From Candidatus Micrarchaeota archaeon (GTDB lineage: Archaea > Micrarchaeota > Micrarchaeia > Micrarchaeales > Micrarchaeaceae): a stretch of 64,000 nucleotides of DNA. Within the stretch, counting starts at the first letter, position 1. Every line of letters begins with the position of its first letter. A program made the position numbers and the translations under genes. The stretch is taken from assembly GCA_021848125.1 (NCBI GenBank), contig JAJZMY010000019.1, positions 13,054-77,053 on the forward strand, in the 5' to 3' direction. Below, one piece after another: positions 36,626-46,978 of the stretch. A model generated the notes under the pieces. That model was not told the DNA's origin. It made no database searches and saw only the letters and a program-made list of their open reading frames with translations.

Positions 36626-39505
36626 ATGATTGATTATAAGGAAATTGAGGAAAAATGGCAAAACCAATGGGCAGAAAATAAACTTTTTGAGCCAGAAGTG
36701 AGTGAAAACAAAAGTTTACTGGTTACAGCAGCATTTCCTTATGTAAACATGCCGCAGACAATAGGCCATCTTAGAACATATGGTACAACAGATGTATATG
36801 CAAGATATATGCGTTTAAGAGGCTTCAATGTACTGTTTCCAATGGGTTTTCATGTTACTGGTACTCCAATAATTGCAATTGCAAAAAGACTGCAGAACAA
36901 TGACAAAGAATTAATTGAGACTTTAAAAATGTTTGATATACCTGATGCTGAAATTAAGAAAATGCAAGATCCATATTATATAGCAGAATACTTTATCAAA
37001 ATTACTGAGAAAGGCATGAAGAGAGCAGGTTATTCTATTGATTGGCGCAGAAAATTCAATTCCATTGATCCTTTATTTAGTAAAATGATTGAATGGCAAT
37101 TTTTAAAACTTAAAGAAAAAGATTTATTAATACAAGGATCCCATCCTCTTGGATGGTGTCCAAATGAAAACAATGCAGTTGGACAACATGACACAATGCA
37201 TGATATCCAGCCAGAAATAGAAAAAATAACAGCAATAAAATTCAAAAGCAGCAATGAGGATATTTATTTTATATGCGCAACATATAGGCCTGAAACGCTT
37301 TATGGCGTTACTAATTTATTCATAAACAAAAATGAAAAATATGTAATAGCAAAAATAAATAATGAAAAATATTATCTGGCAAGGCAAAGCGCTGAAAATC
37401 TTTCTAATCAAATTAAGTTGTCAATTGAAATGGAGATTTCTGTAGATGAATTAATAAATAAACATGCAGTAAATCCCATAAACAGTAAAGAAGTTCCAAT
37501 ATTTAATGGATTTTTTGTAAAGCCAAATGTCGGAACAGGCATTGTAATGTCAGTACCTTCTCACGCGCCTTTTGACTATGTTGCACTTGAAGATCTTAAA
37601 AAGAAAGGAGTTGTAAATAAAGAGATCAAATATGAAAAGCTCATTGGTATAGAGCCGCATCAACAAGCAAATTTAAACAAACTTCTTGATAAAAAACATG
37701 AAGCAGAAATAAATAATTCAATTCCTGCATTGAATTATTTAAATATTGTTATGTCCGAAAAAAGCACAGTGGATTTTACTGATGAAATAATAGAAGAAGC
37801 AACAAAACTAGCATATAAAGAAGAATCCCATTTTGGAATAATGCTTGTTGGAAAATATAAGGGCCAGAAAGAAGCATATGCAAGAGATGCAATAAAGCAG
37901 GATTTAATTAATGAAAACAATGCATTTGAAATATACATAATTGCAAATAATGATAATGTTGTCTGCAGATGCGGCTCAAAAATAATTATTAAAATGATTC
38001 AGAACCAATGGTTTATTAATTATGGAAATGAGGAATGGAAGAGCAAAGTAAAGCAGGATTTTAAGAATATAAAGATATTTCCACCTATTCTAAAAAGTTC
38101 TTTTGAAGCAGCAATTGACTGGATAAATCTGAGAGCAACAGAAAGAGCGCAGGGACTGGGGACACCATTTCCATTCAATAAAGACCATATAATAGAATCC
38201 TTATCTGATTCAACAATCTATATGGTGTTTTATACTTTTTTGCATTTATTAAGACAAAATAAAATACAGGCAGAACAATTAAAGCCAGAGTTTTTCGATT
38301 TTGTGTTTCATAATAGTGGAGAAATTAAAGATATCTCAAGTAAAACAGGAATTGATATCGAGGTAATAAAAAAATGCAGGGAATCTTTTAACTATTGGTA
38401 TAGTGGATTAACTTCAAGGCATTCTGGAGGAGATCTAGTTCCAAGCCATCTTACAATGTATATTTTTAATCACATTGCGCTCTTTGAAAAACAATACTGG
38501 GTAAAGCAGATTATTATAAATGGACTTGTATTTTATGAAGGCCAGAAAATGAGCAAAAGCCTTGGGAATATAATACCTCTAATTAAAGGTATTGACATGT
38601 TCGGCGCAGATCCAATAAGATTTTTGGAAATTGCAACAGCAAATCTTGATTCTGACAATGATTTTTCATCAAAAGCAATAGACGGAATTAAATCCAAAAT
38701 AGAATTTTTCAGTGATACAATACAAAAGCTTGAATCATTAAATGCAGATCAATTAAAGCATATTGATTTCTGGCTTTATTCAAAATTAAATTCCAAAATC
38801 AAGGTTTCAACAGAATTATTTGATTCAATGCTTTTTAGAGATGCATATAATGAAATATTTTATAATACTATCTCTGAATTAAAATGGTATTTTGAAAGAG
38901 GCGGATCAAATCAGATTGTTGTCAGAGATGTGCTAGAAAATGCAATAATAATGCTTTCTCCTGTTATGCCACACATAAGTGAAGAATTTTGGAGAATGCT
39001 TGGAAAAAATAATTTTATTGTAAGGCAAAAATGGCCTGCTGCAAATGAATCAATGATTAATTCAGATATTGAATATATTGAAAACATATTCATTAATTCA
39101 TTACCTGATATTAACAAGGCTATTGAATTATCTTCAAAAATATCCAGCAATTCCGATAAAAAACTCAAGCAAATCAAAATTATAATATCTAACGACTGGA
39201 AAACTAAATACTTTAATAAACTTGCAGAATCAAAATCCTTATCAAATGTACTTTCAGATGCAAAAGATATGCAAAAAGATAAACTTGGTAAATTTTTATC
39301 CCAATTTGCAAACAAGCTGAATGCATTAAGGCCTGTGCCAGATATAAATTCAAAGCAGGTATTTGAAGTATTTGAAGACGCAAAGGGTTTTCTGGCATCT
39401 AGATTCAATACAAGTGTTTTAATAGAGTATGAAAAGGATTCAACTTCACAAAGAGCATTCAGATCATTTATTAACAAGCCAGGCATTGATTTGATATGGG
39501 CGTAA
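36626..39505 (+). CDS. leuS: leucyl-tRNA synthetase (archaeal type)
   Basis: A HIGH-region variant (PYVNMPQTIGHLRTY), the KMSKS motif, an inserted editing (CP1) domain, and a length of about 960 aa. Confidence 0.9.
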   Translation: MIDYKEIEEKWQNQWAENKLFEPEVSENKSLLVTAAFPYVNMPQTIGHLRTYGTTDVYARYMRLRGFNVLFPMGFHVTGTPIIAIAKRLQNNDKELIETLKMFDIPDAEIKKMQDPYYIAEYFIKITEKGMKRAGYSIDWRRKFNSIDPLFSKMIEWQFLKLKEKDLLIQGSHPLGWCPNENNAVGQHDTMHDIQPEIEKITAIKFKSSNEDIYFICATYRPETLYGVTNLFINKNEKYVIAKINNEKYYLARQSAENLSNQIKLSIEMEISVDELINKHAVNPINSKEVPIFNGFFVKPNVGTGIVMSVPSHAPFDYVALEDLKKKGVVNKEIKYEKLIGIEPHQQANLNKLLDKKHEAEINNSIPALNYLNIVMSEKSTVDFTDEIIEEATKLAYKEESHFGIMLVGKYKGQKEAYARDAIKQDLINENNAFEIYIIANNDNVVCRCGSKIIIKMIQNQWFINYGNEEWKSKVKQDFKNIKIFPPILKSSFEAAIDWINLRATERAQGLGTPFPFNKDHIIESLSDSTIYMVFYTFLHLLRQNKIQAEQLKPEFFDFVFHNSGEIKDISSKTGIDIEVIKKCRESFNYWYSGLTSRHSGGDLVPSHLTMYIFNHIALFEKQYWVKQIIINGLVFYEGQKMSKSLGNIIPLIKGIDMFGADPIRFLEIATANLDSDNDFSSKAIDGIKSKIEFFSDTIQKLESLNADQLKHIDFWLYSKLNSKIKVSTELFDSMLFRDAYNEIFYNTISELKWYFERGGSNQIVVRDVLENAIIMLSPVMPHISEEFWRMLGKNNFIVRQKWPAANESMINSDIEYIENIFINSLPDINKAIELSSKISSNSDKKLKQIKIIISNDWKTKYFNKLAESKSLSNVLSDAKDMQKDKLGKFLSQFANKLNALRPVPDINSKQVFEVFEDAKGFLASRFNTSVLIEYEKDSTSQRAFRSFINKPGIDLIWA

Positions 39506-39834
39506 ATAAAAATCCAGAAAAGACAATATTTTTAGCAGTACACGGCAATATACAGGGCGTTGGTTATAGGGTATTTGTTTATGAAATTGCGAAAAAATAT
39601 AATATTAATGGGATGGTAAGGAATGTTTCAGATGGAAGCGTTGAAATTCTAGCAATTGGAAATGAAAAGGATTTGAAACAATTTATAAAAAACATAAATA
39701 TTTCAACAAATAATATGTCTGTTTTTAATATTGAAAAATTCAGTAATAAAAATAAAATAAAACATTTTTTTCAAAGTGAAGCCCAGAATAATGATTTTAT
39801 AATTGAAAAAACCAAAATATTAGAAAATAACTAA
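39496..39834 (+). CDS. acyP: acylphosphatase
   Basis: VHGNIQGVGYRVF...A....I.GMVRNVSDGSVEI is the acylphosphatase signature. It overlaps the leuS stop by 10 nt. Confidence 0.8.
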   Translation: MGVNKNPEKTIFLAVHGNIQGVGYRVFVYEIAKKYNINGMVRNVSDGSVEILAIGNEKDLKQFIKNINISTNNMSVFNIEKFSNKNKIKHFFQSEAQNNDFIIEKTKILENN

Positions 39835-39876
39835 TCAGCTGATTTAAAAATCATCAAACAACAATAGTGAAAGAAA

Positions 39877-42072
39877 ATGAATATTTCAGAATTAAAAAAA
39901 TATTTTCCAGAACAAATAATCAGTTCATTGCTGAATCAAGGAATCAGCAAATTAAATCCCTTGCAGGAAATGGTATTCACAAATGGGATTCCATCTAATA
40001 ATATTTTAGTTTCAGCTCCAACAGCAAGCGGGAAAACATTGATTGCTGAAATAATATGCCTGAATAATATAATAAAAAATCAAAAAAAAGCAGTTTATAT
40101 AGCTCCAATGAGAGCACTGGTAATGGAGAAATATAATGATTTCAAAAAAAATTATCCTTACATAAAATCAGCAGTATCAATTGGTGATTTAGACACTAAT
40201 GATGCATGGCTTTCCAGCTTTGATATAATATTTGTTTCTACTGAAAAATTTGATAGTCTTATTAGGCATAATATTAATTGGACAGATCAGATAGGCTGCA
40301 TTGTATTTGATGAAATTCATTTGATTGATGATTTAACAAGAGGGCCTACTTTAGAAATATTAATAACTAAATTAAAACAACAAAATTTGCAGATAATAGG
40401 ATTAAGCGCAACAATAGGAAATGACAAAGAATTAAGCGAATGGATTAGTGCACAAATTTTTGAGAGTAATTATAGGCCAACAAAATTAAAAAAAGGCATT
40501 TTATCAGATTCAAAAATATATTATAAGCCCAATTCCAGTAAAAAATTAAAATCTAAAAATTCAGATACATTATTAAGTCTTATTGATGATCATTTCCCAA
40601 AAAACCAGCAGATATTAATTTTTTATTCAAGCAAAAGAAATGCAGAAAATGAAGCAATTAAATTGGCTTCATTTGTTTTTCAAAAATTAAACAATAATGA
40701 GAAACAAAAACTTAGTGAAGTAAGTGATAAAGTATTAAATGTGCTTGAAACTCCAACGCAGCAATGTATCAGGCTATCAAATTTAGTCAAAAATGGAATT
40801 GCGTTTCACCACAGCGGATTATTAAATCACCAGAGAGCTTATATTGAAGAGGCATTTAAAAACAATTTGATTAAAATTATTTGCTCCACGACAACATTAG
40901 GCCTTGGCATAAATCTTCCTGCACATACTGTTTTAATAAAAAATATTTATAGATTTAATAATTATTCATCAGAACTTATACCTACAAATGAGGTTTTGCA
41001 ACTGTTTGGAAGAGCAGGAAGGCCAAAATATGACAAAGAGGGCCTGGCTCTTATTTTTTCAAATTCGCAAAAATCATTTAAAATTTTTTTTAATAAATAT
41101 ATTAATGCAGAACCTTCGCCTATTTATTCTAAATTGGCTGTTGCGCCCCTGCTAAGAGCTCATATTTTATCATTTATAAGCCAGGATTTTTTAAACAGTT
41201 TAAAAGATATTGAAACTTTCATTTCAAGCACATTTTATGGTTTTCAATATAAGAATAATAAAGATATTGAAGAGACTATCAAGAGAATAATAATAGAATT
41301 AAATGATTGGAAATTTATTGAAATTAAAGATGAAATAGTGAATAATAATACAGAACAGATTAAATTTAAAAAATTAAAAGCAACAAAATTAGGAAAAAGA
41401 ATAAGTGAATTATACATAGATCCTTTATCTGCAAAATGGATTATTGATGCGTTAGAAGATATAAATAAAATCAATGAATCAAATAAAGAAATTATTTTTG
41501 ACCTGATTATTTTATATATAATTTCAAATACCCAAGAATTAAAGCCCTATAATAGAATTATTGAAGAAAGCAATTATTTATTTCCTTTTTATATGAAATT
41601 AGGGCAAAAATTCTATGATAAAAATGAATTAAGTTTTAATTATTCTTTAAATGCTTTTACAACTGCATTAATGCTAGATGAATGGATAAACGAAAAAAAA
41701 GAAAATGAAATAACAGACAAATTTTTAACAACACCTGGATTTTTGTATTCAAAGCTTTCAAATGCAGATTGGATTTTATATTCATTGATAGAAATTTCAA
41801 AATTACTAAATCTGCCAATAAATAAATTTAATGAAATTAGGTTAAGATTAAAATATGGTATTAAATCGGAATTGCTGGATCTGATAAGATTACAATATAT
41901 TGGAAGGATAAGAGCAAGGCGCCTATATAATAATGGAATTACAAGTGTTTCTGAAATTAATGAAAATAAAGAAAAACTGATTTCATTGCTTGGTAATGAT
42001 ATTGCACAAAAAATATTTTTCCAAATTAATTCAGAATCAAGTATTATTAAAAAAAATAAAATAGAAGAATAA
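39877..42072 (+). CDS. hel308: Ski2-like DNA helicase Hel308
   Basis: Motif I APTASGKT, motif II DEIH, SAT, HHSGL, QLFGRAGR, and a C-terminal HhH-like region (IGRIRARRLYNNGI). Confidence 0.85.
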   Translation: MNISELKKYFPEQIISSLLNQGISKLNPLQEMVFTNGIPSNNILVSAPTASGKTLIAEIICLNNIIKNQKKAVYIAPMRALVMEKYNDFKKNYPYIKSAVSIGDLDTNDAWLSSFDIIFVSTEKFDSLIRHNINWTDQIGCIVFDEIHLIDDLTRGPTLEILITKLKQQNLQIIGLSATIGNDKELSEWISAQIFESNYRPTKLKKGILSDSKIYYKPNSSKKLKSKNSDTLLSLIDDHFPKNQQILIFYSSKRNAENEAIKLASFVFQKLNNNEKQKLSEVSDKVLNVLETPTQQCIRLSNLVKNGIAFHHSGLLNHQRAYIEEAFKNNLIKIICSTTTLGLGINLPAHTVLIKNIYRFNNYSSELIPTNEVLQLFGRAGRPKYDKEGLALIFSNSQKSFKIFFNKYINAEPSPIYSKLAVAPLLRAHILSFISQDFLNSLKDIETFISSTFYGFQYKNNKDIEETIKRIIIELNDWKFIEIKDEIVNNNTEQIKFKKLKATKLGKRISELYIDPLSAKWIIDALEDINKINESNKEIIFDLIILYIISNTQELKPYNRIIEESNYLFPFYMKLGQKFYDKNELSFNYSLNAFTTALMLDEWINEKKENEITDKFLTTPGFLYSKLSNADWILYSLIEISKLLNLPINKFNEIRLRLKYGIKSELLDLIRLQYIGRIRARRLYNNGITSVSEINENKEKLISLLGNDIAQKIFFQINSESSIIKKNKIEE

Positions 42073-42079
42073 AGGTAAT

Positions 42080-43381
42080 ATGCACATATTTAAAGAAAAT
42101 AACAAAAAACCAATTTCAGGAAACATTAAAATTTCAGCTGATGATTTTATTGTTGAAGAAATAACAAATAATAATACTGTTCTTGAAATCAATAAAAAAA
42201 TAGAACAAATCCCATTTAACTTAAATCAAAGCAAAGAGGCCAGCAAAGATAAAGTTAAAAACCAGAATAAATTCACACTTTTTATTTTGCAAAAAAAGAA
42301 CTGGAATACGATTCAGGCATTAACTGCAATTGCAAAAAAATTTAGAAAAGGCTACAAGTCAACATCATTTGCAGGAACAAAGGACAGAATTTCATTATCA
42401 ACACAACTATGTACTATATTTGATTTAGATCCTAATATTTTATTAAATTTAAATATAAAAGACATAAAAATAAATAATGCCTGGCTTATAGATCAAAAAT
42501 TAAGTCTTGGCGATTTACTAGGAAACAGATTTAAAGTTACAATAAGAAATGCCGAAATAAATATTGATTCAATTGATAAGGCAATTGATGAATTTGGCGG
42601 TGTTTTTCCAAATTTTTTTGGAGCTCAGCGATTTGGCAATAGAAACAATAATTATCTGATAGGCATTGAAATTTTAAAGGGCAATTTTGAAAATGCTGTT
42701 CTTAGATTTCTAACTGATACTCAAAATGAATTAAATGAAGATGCAAAAAATGCAAGAATCAGATTAAATAACGAACTTGATTTTAAAAAAGCATTGGATT
42801 ATTTTCCAAAATACCTTAAATATGAAAGGCTTGTTCTGAATTATTTGTCAAAATATCCAACAGATTATGCAAATTCATTAAGAAGGCTTCCGAGAAGTTT
42901 AAGTTTAATTTTTATTCATTCTGTAGAATCATTTATTTTTAATAAAGAATTAGATGAAATAATTAAAAAAAATCTTAATGCCTTTGAAGAAACTAATTTT
43001 GCCTGCTTTAAAGATAAATATGGATTTCCAGATTCAATGAAACTAATTAAAACAGAAAATAACAAAGAATATTTTAAAGATAAAAATTATTATCCAATGG
43101 CAAATATTATTGGATATGACTCTAAATTGAATAATATTGAGAAAAAACTGTTGGATGAATTTGAAATTGAGTTGGATATGTTTAAATTAAAAAGAATGCC
43201 TGAATTAAATGCAAAAGGATTTTATAGAGTTTTGTTTTCGCCTTTTTTTGATTTCAATTTCAAAATTAATATAGATCAAGATGACCATAAAAATAATAAT
43301 ATTGAACTAGATTTTTCATTGCCAAAATCAGCTTATGCTACAGTGTTTTTAAATCAAATAGTTACTAAAAAACTAGAATAA
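42080..43381 (+). CDS. truD: tRNA pseudouridine synthase TruD/Pus7
   Basis: The catalytic motif FAGTKDR and FGAQRFG are present, with TruD-typical length. It lies 7 nt downstream of hel308. Confidence 0.8.
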   Translation: MHIFKENNKKPISGNIKISADDFIVEEITNNNTVLEINKKIEQIPFNLNQSKEASKDKVKNQNKFTLFILQKKNWNTIQALTAIAKKFRKGYKSTSFAGTKDRISLSTQLCTIFDLDPNILLNLNIKDIKINNAWLIDQKLSLGDLLGNRFKVTIRNAEINIDSIDKAIDEFGGVFPNFFGAQRFGNRNNNYLIGIEILKGNFENAVLRFLTDTQNELNEDAKNARIRLNNELDFKKALDYFPKYLKYERLVLNYLSKYPTDYANSLRRLPRSLSLIFIHSVESFIFNKELDEIIKKNLNAFEETNFACFKDKYGFPDSMKLIKTENNKEYFKDKNYYPMANIIGYDSKLNNIEKKLLDEFEIELDMFKLKRMPELNAKGFYRVLFSPFFDFNFKINIDQDDHKNNNIELDFSLPKSAYATVFLNQIVTKKLE

Positions 43382-43450
43382 ATGATAAAATATAATATCA
43401 ATTTAAATACTTTAATTATTTAATAAAAATAGCAATTAAAATCTTTAAAA

Positions 43451-43487
43451 AATAAGGCTCTTAAAAAAAGCTTTAGCAAAAATAAGC
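43451..43487 (+). repeat. palindromic intergenic repeat, short degenerate form
   Basis: Sequence: aataaggctcttaaaaaaagctttagcaaaaataagc. It lies 3' of truD. Confidence 0.5.
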
Positions 43488-43509
43488 AAAATAAAGAAAA
43501 AAGATAAAA

Positions 43510-45288
43510 ATGAAAAATAAAATTAATAATTTAAAAATAATAAATACAGATATTTTGATTATTGGCGGTGGCGGAGCAGGGTTAAGAGCTGCAATTGAAG
43601 CCTATGACAATAGAATTAACAATGCAAAAATAATTATTGTCTCAAAATCTCTTCCTGGAAAAGCGCATACAGTCATGGCAGAAGGCGGAATTGCAGCATC
43701 CCTTGGAGATGTTGACGATAAAGACAACTGGAAAGTTCATTTTTCAGATACTTTTAAAGAAGGTGTTTATTTAGGCAACTATAAAATGATTGAAATTTTA
43801 GTAAAAGAAGCTCCGGAAAGAGTTTATGAACTTGAAAAATATGGTGCATTATTTGACAGAACAAAGGAGGGGAAAATAATGCAAAGAGCATTTGGTGCAC
43901 ACACCTATAAAAGATTATGCCATATTGGGGATAAAACAGGAATGGAAATAATTCGTGTTCTTGAAGATCAGGTATTAAAAAGAAATATTGAATTTTTAGA
44001 TGAATTGCAAATCACAAAAATATTCAAGCATGAAAATAAAATTATCGGAGCCATTGGGCTTGATTTAAAATCAGGCAATTTTATTTTGATTAATTGTAGG
44101 GCAATAATATTAGCAAGCGGCGGATGCGGAAGATTATACAAAACAACATCTAATTCACTGGAAACAACTGGCGACGGACTTGCAATGGCCTATGATATTG
44201 GATGTGAATTAATTGATATGGAAATGGTTCAATTTCATCCGACAGGCATGGTTTATCCATTAGGCGTAAAGGGATTATTAGTAACAGAGGGAATTAGAGG
44301 TGAAGGGGGAATATTATTAAATAATAAAAATGAAAGATTTATGAAAAAGTATTCACCAAAAAGAATGGAGCTGGATGCAAGAGACGTTGTTGCCAGAGCA
44401 ATATATAATGAAATAAAAATAGGAAACGGAACAGAGCATAATGGCGTTTATCTAGATATCTCCCATAAAGGTGCAAGTTTTATAAAAAAGAAGCTTCCTG
44501 CAATGTATGAGCAATTTAAAGAATTTGCAGATATTGATATCACAAAACAAAAAATGGAAGTCGGCCCTACTGTTCATTACCATATGGGGGGAATCAAAAC
44601 AAATCCAGGAACATGTGAAACAAATATAAATGGATTGTTTGCTGCTGGCGAAGTGGCCGGAGGGCTGCATGGAGCAAATAGGCTTGGTGGAAATTCACTA
44701 GCAGATATTCTTGTATTTGGAAGACGTGCAGGATTATTCTGTTCTAAATATATTAATGAAAATAAACGAGCAAATTTTGATATTATGTCAAATCTATTAT
44801 TAAAACAACAAATTAATTTGGAAATAAGGAGAATAAATAATTATTTAAGTCTTTATAGCTTCAAATCCTTAAAAAATAAAAATAATAATAATTTAGTGGT
44901 TTATGAATTATTAGATTTATTAAAATCAACAATGAATGAGAATGTTGAAATTATAAGAAGCGAAAAATCATTAAAAAATGCATTGAAAGTGATAAATAGT
45001 ATAAAAAATCAGTTAAAAAACATCAAAGTCAATGGAACTACCAAATATAACAGGGGTCTATTGGCTTGTTTGGAGCTTGAAAATGAATTAAAAATCGCAA
45101 ATTGCATAATAAAAAGCGCGATTAAAAGAACTGAAAGCAGGGGCGCACATTTTAGAAGCGATTTTCCAAAAACAAGTAAATTATGGAAAAAAAATATTAT
45201 TTGCAAAAAGCAAAATAATTCATTAAAATTAACATTAGTAAAAGTTCCTGAACTTTCAAAGAATTTAAAAAAAATATTGGCAGATTAA
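43510..45288 (+). CDS. sdhA: succinate dehydrogenase / fumarate reductase flavoprotein subunit
   Basis: IIGGGGAGLRAA, HTVMAEGGIAA (FAD-histidine context), HPTG, HYHMGGI and ESRGAHFRSDFP. Confidence 0.85.
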   Translation: MKNKINNLKIINTDILIIGGGGAGLRAAIEAYDNRINNAKIIIVSKSLPGKAHTVMAEGGIAASLGDVDDKDNWKVHFSDTFKEGVYLGNYKMIEILVKEAPERVYELEKYGALFDRTKEGKIMQRAFGAHTYKRLCHIGDKTGMEIIRVLEDQVLKRNIEFLDELQITKIFKHENKIIGAIGLDLKSGNFILINCRAIILASGGCGRLYKTTSNSLETTGDGLAMAYDIGCELIDMEMVQFHPTGMVYPLGVKGLLVTEGIRGEGGILLNNKNERFMKKYSPKRMELDARDVVARAIYNEIKIGNGTEHNGVYLDISHKGASFIKKKLPAMYEQFKEFADIDITKQKMEVGPTVHYHMGGIKTNPGTCETNINGLFAAGEVAGGLHGANRLGGNSLADILVFGRRAGLFCSKYINENKRANFDIMSNLLLKQQINLEIRRINNYLSLYSFKSLKNKNNNNLVVYELLDLLKSTMNENVEIIRSEKSLKNALKVINSIKNQLKNIKVNGTTKYNRGLLACLELENELKIANCIIKSAIKRTESRGAHFRSDFPKTSKLWKKNIICKKQNNSLKLTLVKVPELSKNLKKILAD

Positions 45289-45313
45289 TATTTATAAATT
45301 ATAAGGTAAAAAT

Positions 45314-46009
45314 ATGAATAAAATAATAAAAATATATAAATCCCAGGAAAATAAATTCAAAGAATTCGAAGTTCCGATTCAGGAAGGAATGGTTGTGCTT
45401 GATGCAGTTATTTATATACTTGAACATTTTGATTCTACTATTAGCGTGAGATGGAATTGCAAAGCAGCAAGATGCGGGTCTTGTGGAGCTGAAATAAATG
45501 GCCTTCCAAAATTGATGTGCAAAACAAGAATTGATTCAATAAAAGAAGATATCGAGATAAAACCCTTAAAAATATTTAAAAATGTGCAGGATATTGTTGT
45601 TGATGTTTCTGATACATGGGAAATAAAAAAGAAAATGCCAGGTTTTGAAATAATAAATAAATTTTCAAACAAAAATATTTCAACAAAAGAAATGAAAATA
45701 TATGAAATTGATGTTGAGAGGGCGCAGGAATTCAAAAAATGCATAGAATGCTTTCTTTGTTTAGATTCATGCCATGTTATTAGAGAACATAAAACAAATT
45801 ATATCGGTCCAATGCATGTTGTTAAAACTGCGTCATTTGATATGAACCCAATTGATAAAAAAATCAGAATAGATTTTCTTGATAAAAATGGAATTAGATA
45901 CTGCAATGTTACTAAATGCTGTACTGAAGTTTGTCCTGCCCATATTAAGATAACAGATAATGCAATTATTCCTGAAAAAGAAAGAATAAATGATAAAAAA
46001 ATATTATAA
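45314..46009 (+). CDS. sdhB: succinate dehydrogenase / fumarate reductase iron-sulfur subunit
   Basis: Cys clusters CKAARCGSCG..MC, CIECFLCLDSC and CNVTKCCTEVCP. Confidence 0.8.
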   Translation: MNKIIKIYKSQENKFKEFEVPIQEGMVVLDAVIYILEHFDSTISVRWNCKAARCGSCGAEINGLPKLMCKTRIDSIKEDIEIKPLKIFKNVQDIVVDVSDTWEIKKKMPGFEIINKFSNKNISTKEMKIYEIDVERAQEFKKCIECFLCLDSCHVIREHKTNYIGPMHVVKTASFDMNPIDKKIRIDFLDKNGIRYCNVTKCCTEVCPAHIKITDNAIIPEKERINDKKIL

Positions 46010-46740
46010 TGTTTATTAAATTTTCAATAGTATGGAATGTTATGAAAGAAAATAATAAAATAATAAAAACATTAATTCCCCCAGAATTTAAAAATATAAG
46101 ATTTTTTTCATTTTTATTATTAATGATAACAGCCATTTTTATTCTTTTAATGTTTCCTGTTTCAGAATACAGAGGTTATATAGATCCGTTTTATTCCCCG
46201 ACTATTTTAATCATTCCAATAATTGCATTGTTTAGATTAACATGCTATGGATTTAGAAAAAGTTATAACAGGCATTTGTTTAAGCATCCTCAGTCATGCA
46301 TAATTTCAAGACAAAATGACAATCAAAATTATTATACTGGCGAAACAAGCCTATTATTTAGAATAGAAAATTTACACAGATATTTTATGTATTTTTCTCT
46401 TTTAATTCTGCCATTTTTTTATTATGATTTATATCTTTCATTTGTATTTAATTTGTCTATACTGCGGCTTGGCAGCATATTTTTATTAATTGACACTATT
46501 TTATTAACTTTATATATATTCTCCTGCCATTCTATACGAAATTTGATAGGCGGAAATAAGGACTGCTTCAGCTGCTTGAAATTTTCACAAAAAAGAAAAA
46601 AAATATTTGATCTGCAATCATTTTTAAATTCAAATCATGAATTTTTTGCGTGGTCAAGCCTTGTTTTTATTATTTTTGTTGATCTTTATATAAGGGCAAT
46701 GATTGCGTTTCATTTTGATATAATTTTATTACATATTTAA
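46009..46740 (+). CDS. polytopic membrane protein; putative membrane anchor of the Sdh/Frd complex
   Basis: The ATG overlaps the sdhB stop (TAATG), implying co-translation. It has about 5 hydrophobic segments with several His and Cys residues. Assigning it as the anchor is inference from position only. Confidence 0.35.
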   Translation: MFIKFSIVWNVMKENNKIIKTLIPPEFKNIRFFSFLLLMITAIFILLMFPVSEYRGYIDPFYSPTILIIPIIALFRLTCYGFRKSYNRHLFKHPQSCIISRQNDNQNYYTGETSLLFRIENLHRYFMYFSLLILPFFYYDLYLSFVFNLSILRLGSIFLLIDTILLTLYIFSCHSIRNLIGGNKDCFSCLKFSQKRKKIFDLQSFLNSNHEFFAWSSLVFIIFVDLYIRAMIAFHFDIILLHI

Positions 46741-46767
46741 AATTTATAGATGCAATAAAAATTTTAG

Positions 46768-46938
46768 ATGAAAAACATGAAAAAAATAAATCCAAAATAT
46801 AAATATTATTTATTCTTTTTTGGACTTCTGATAATAATGCTTTCTGGTCTTTTATATAAACTTAATAAGAACAGATATTTAACAGCAGCACTTGTTACTA
46901 TCGGCTTTATAATTTTTATTTTATCTTTATTGCTATAA
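46768..46938 (+). CDS. possible small two-TM membrane protein (56 aa)
   Basis: My own translation: MKNMKKINPKYKYYLFFFGLLIIMLSGLLYKLNKNRYLTAALVTIGFIIFILSLLL. It lies just after the putative anchor gene. Confidence 0.25.
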   Translation: MKNMKKINPKYKYYLFFFGLLIIMLSGLLYKLNKNRYLTAALVTIGFIIFILSLLL

Positions 46939-46978
46939 AAATATTTTAAGATATATTACTTCTAACTATTTCCTGAAT

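Noticed and set aside
38911-39486. The 191-aa minus-strand ORF, plus the other antisense ORFs within leuS (37030-37254, 37735-37938, 39213-39398).
   Set aside because: All are embedded in the leuS coding sequence, which is supported by HIGH/KMSKS motifs. No independent motifs or plausible ribosome-binding sites are present.
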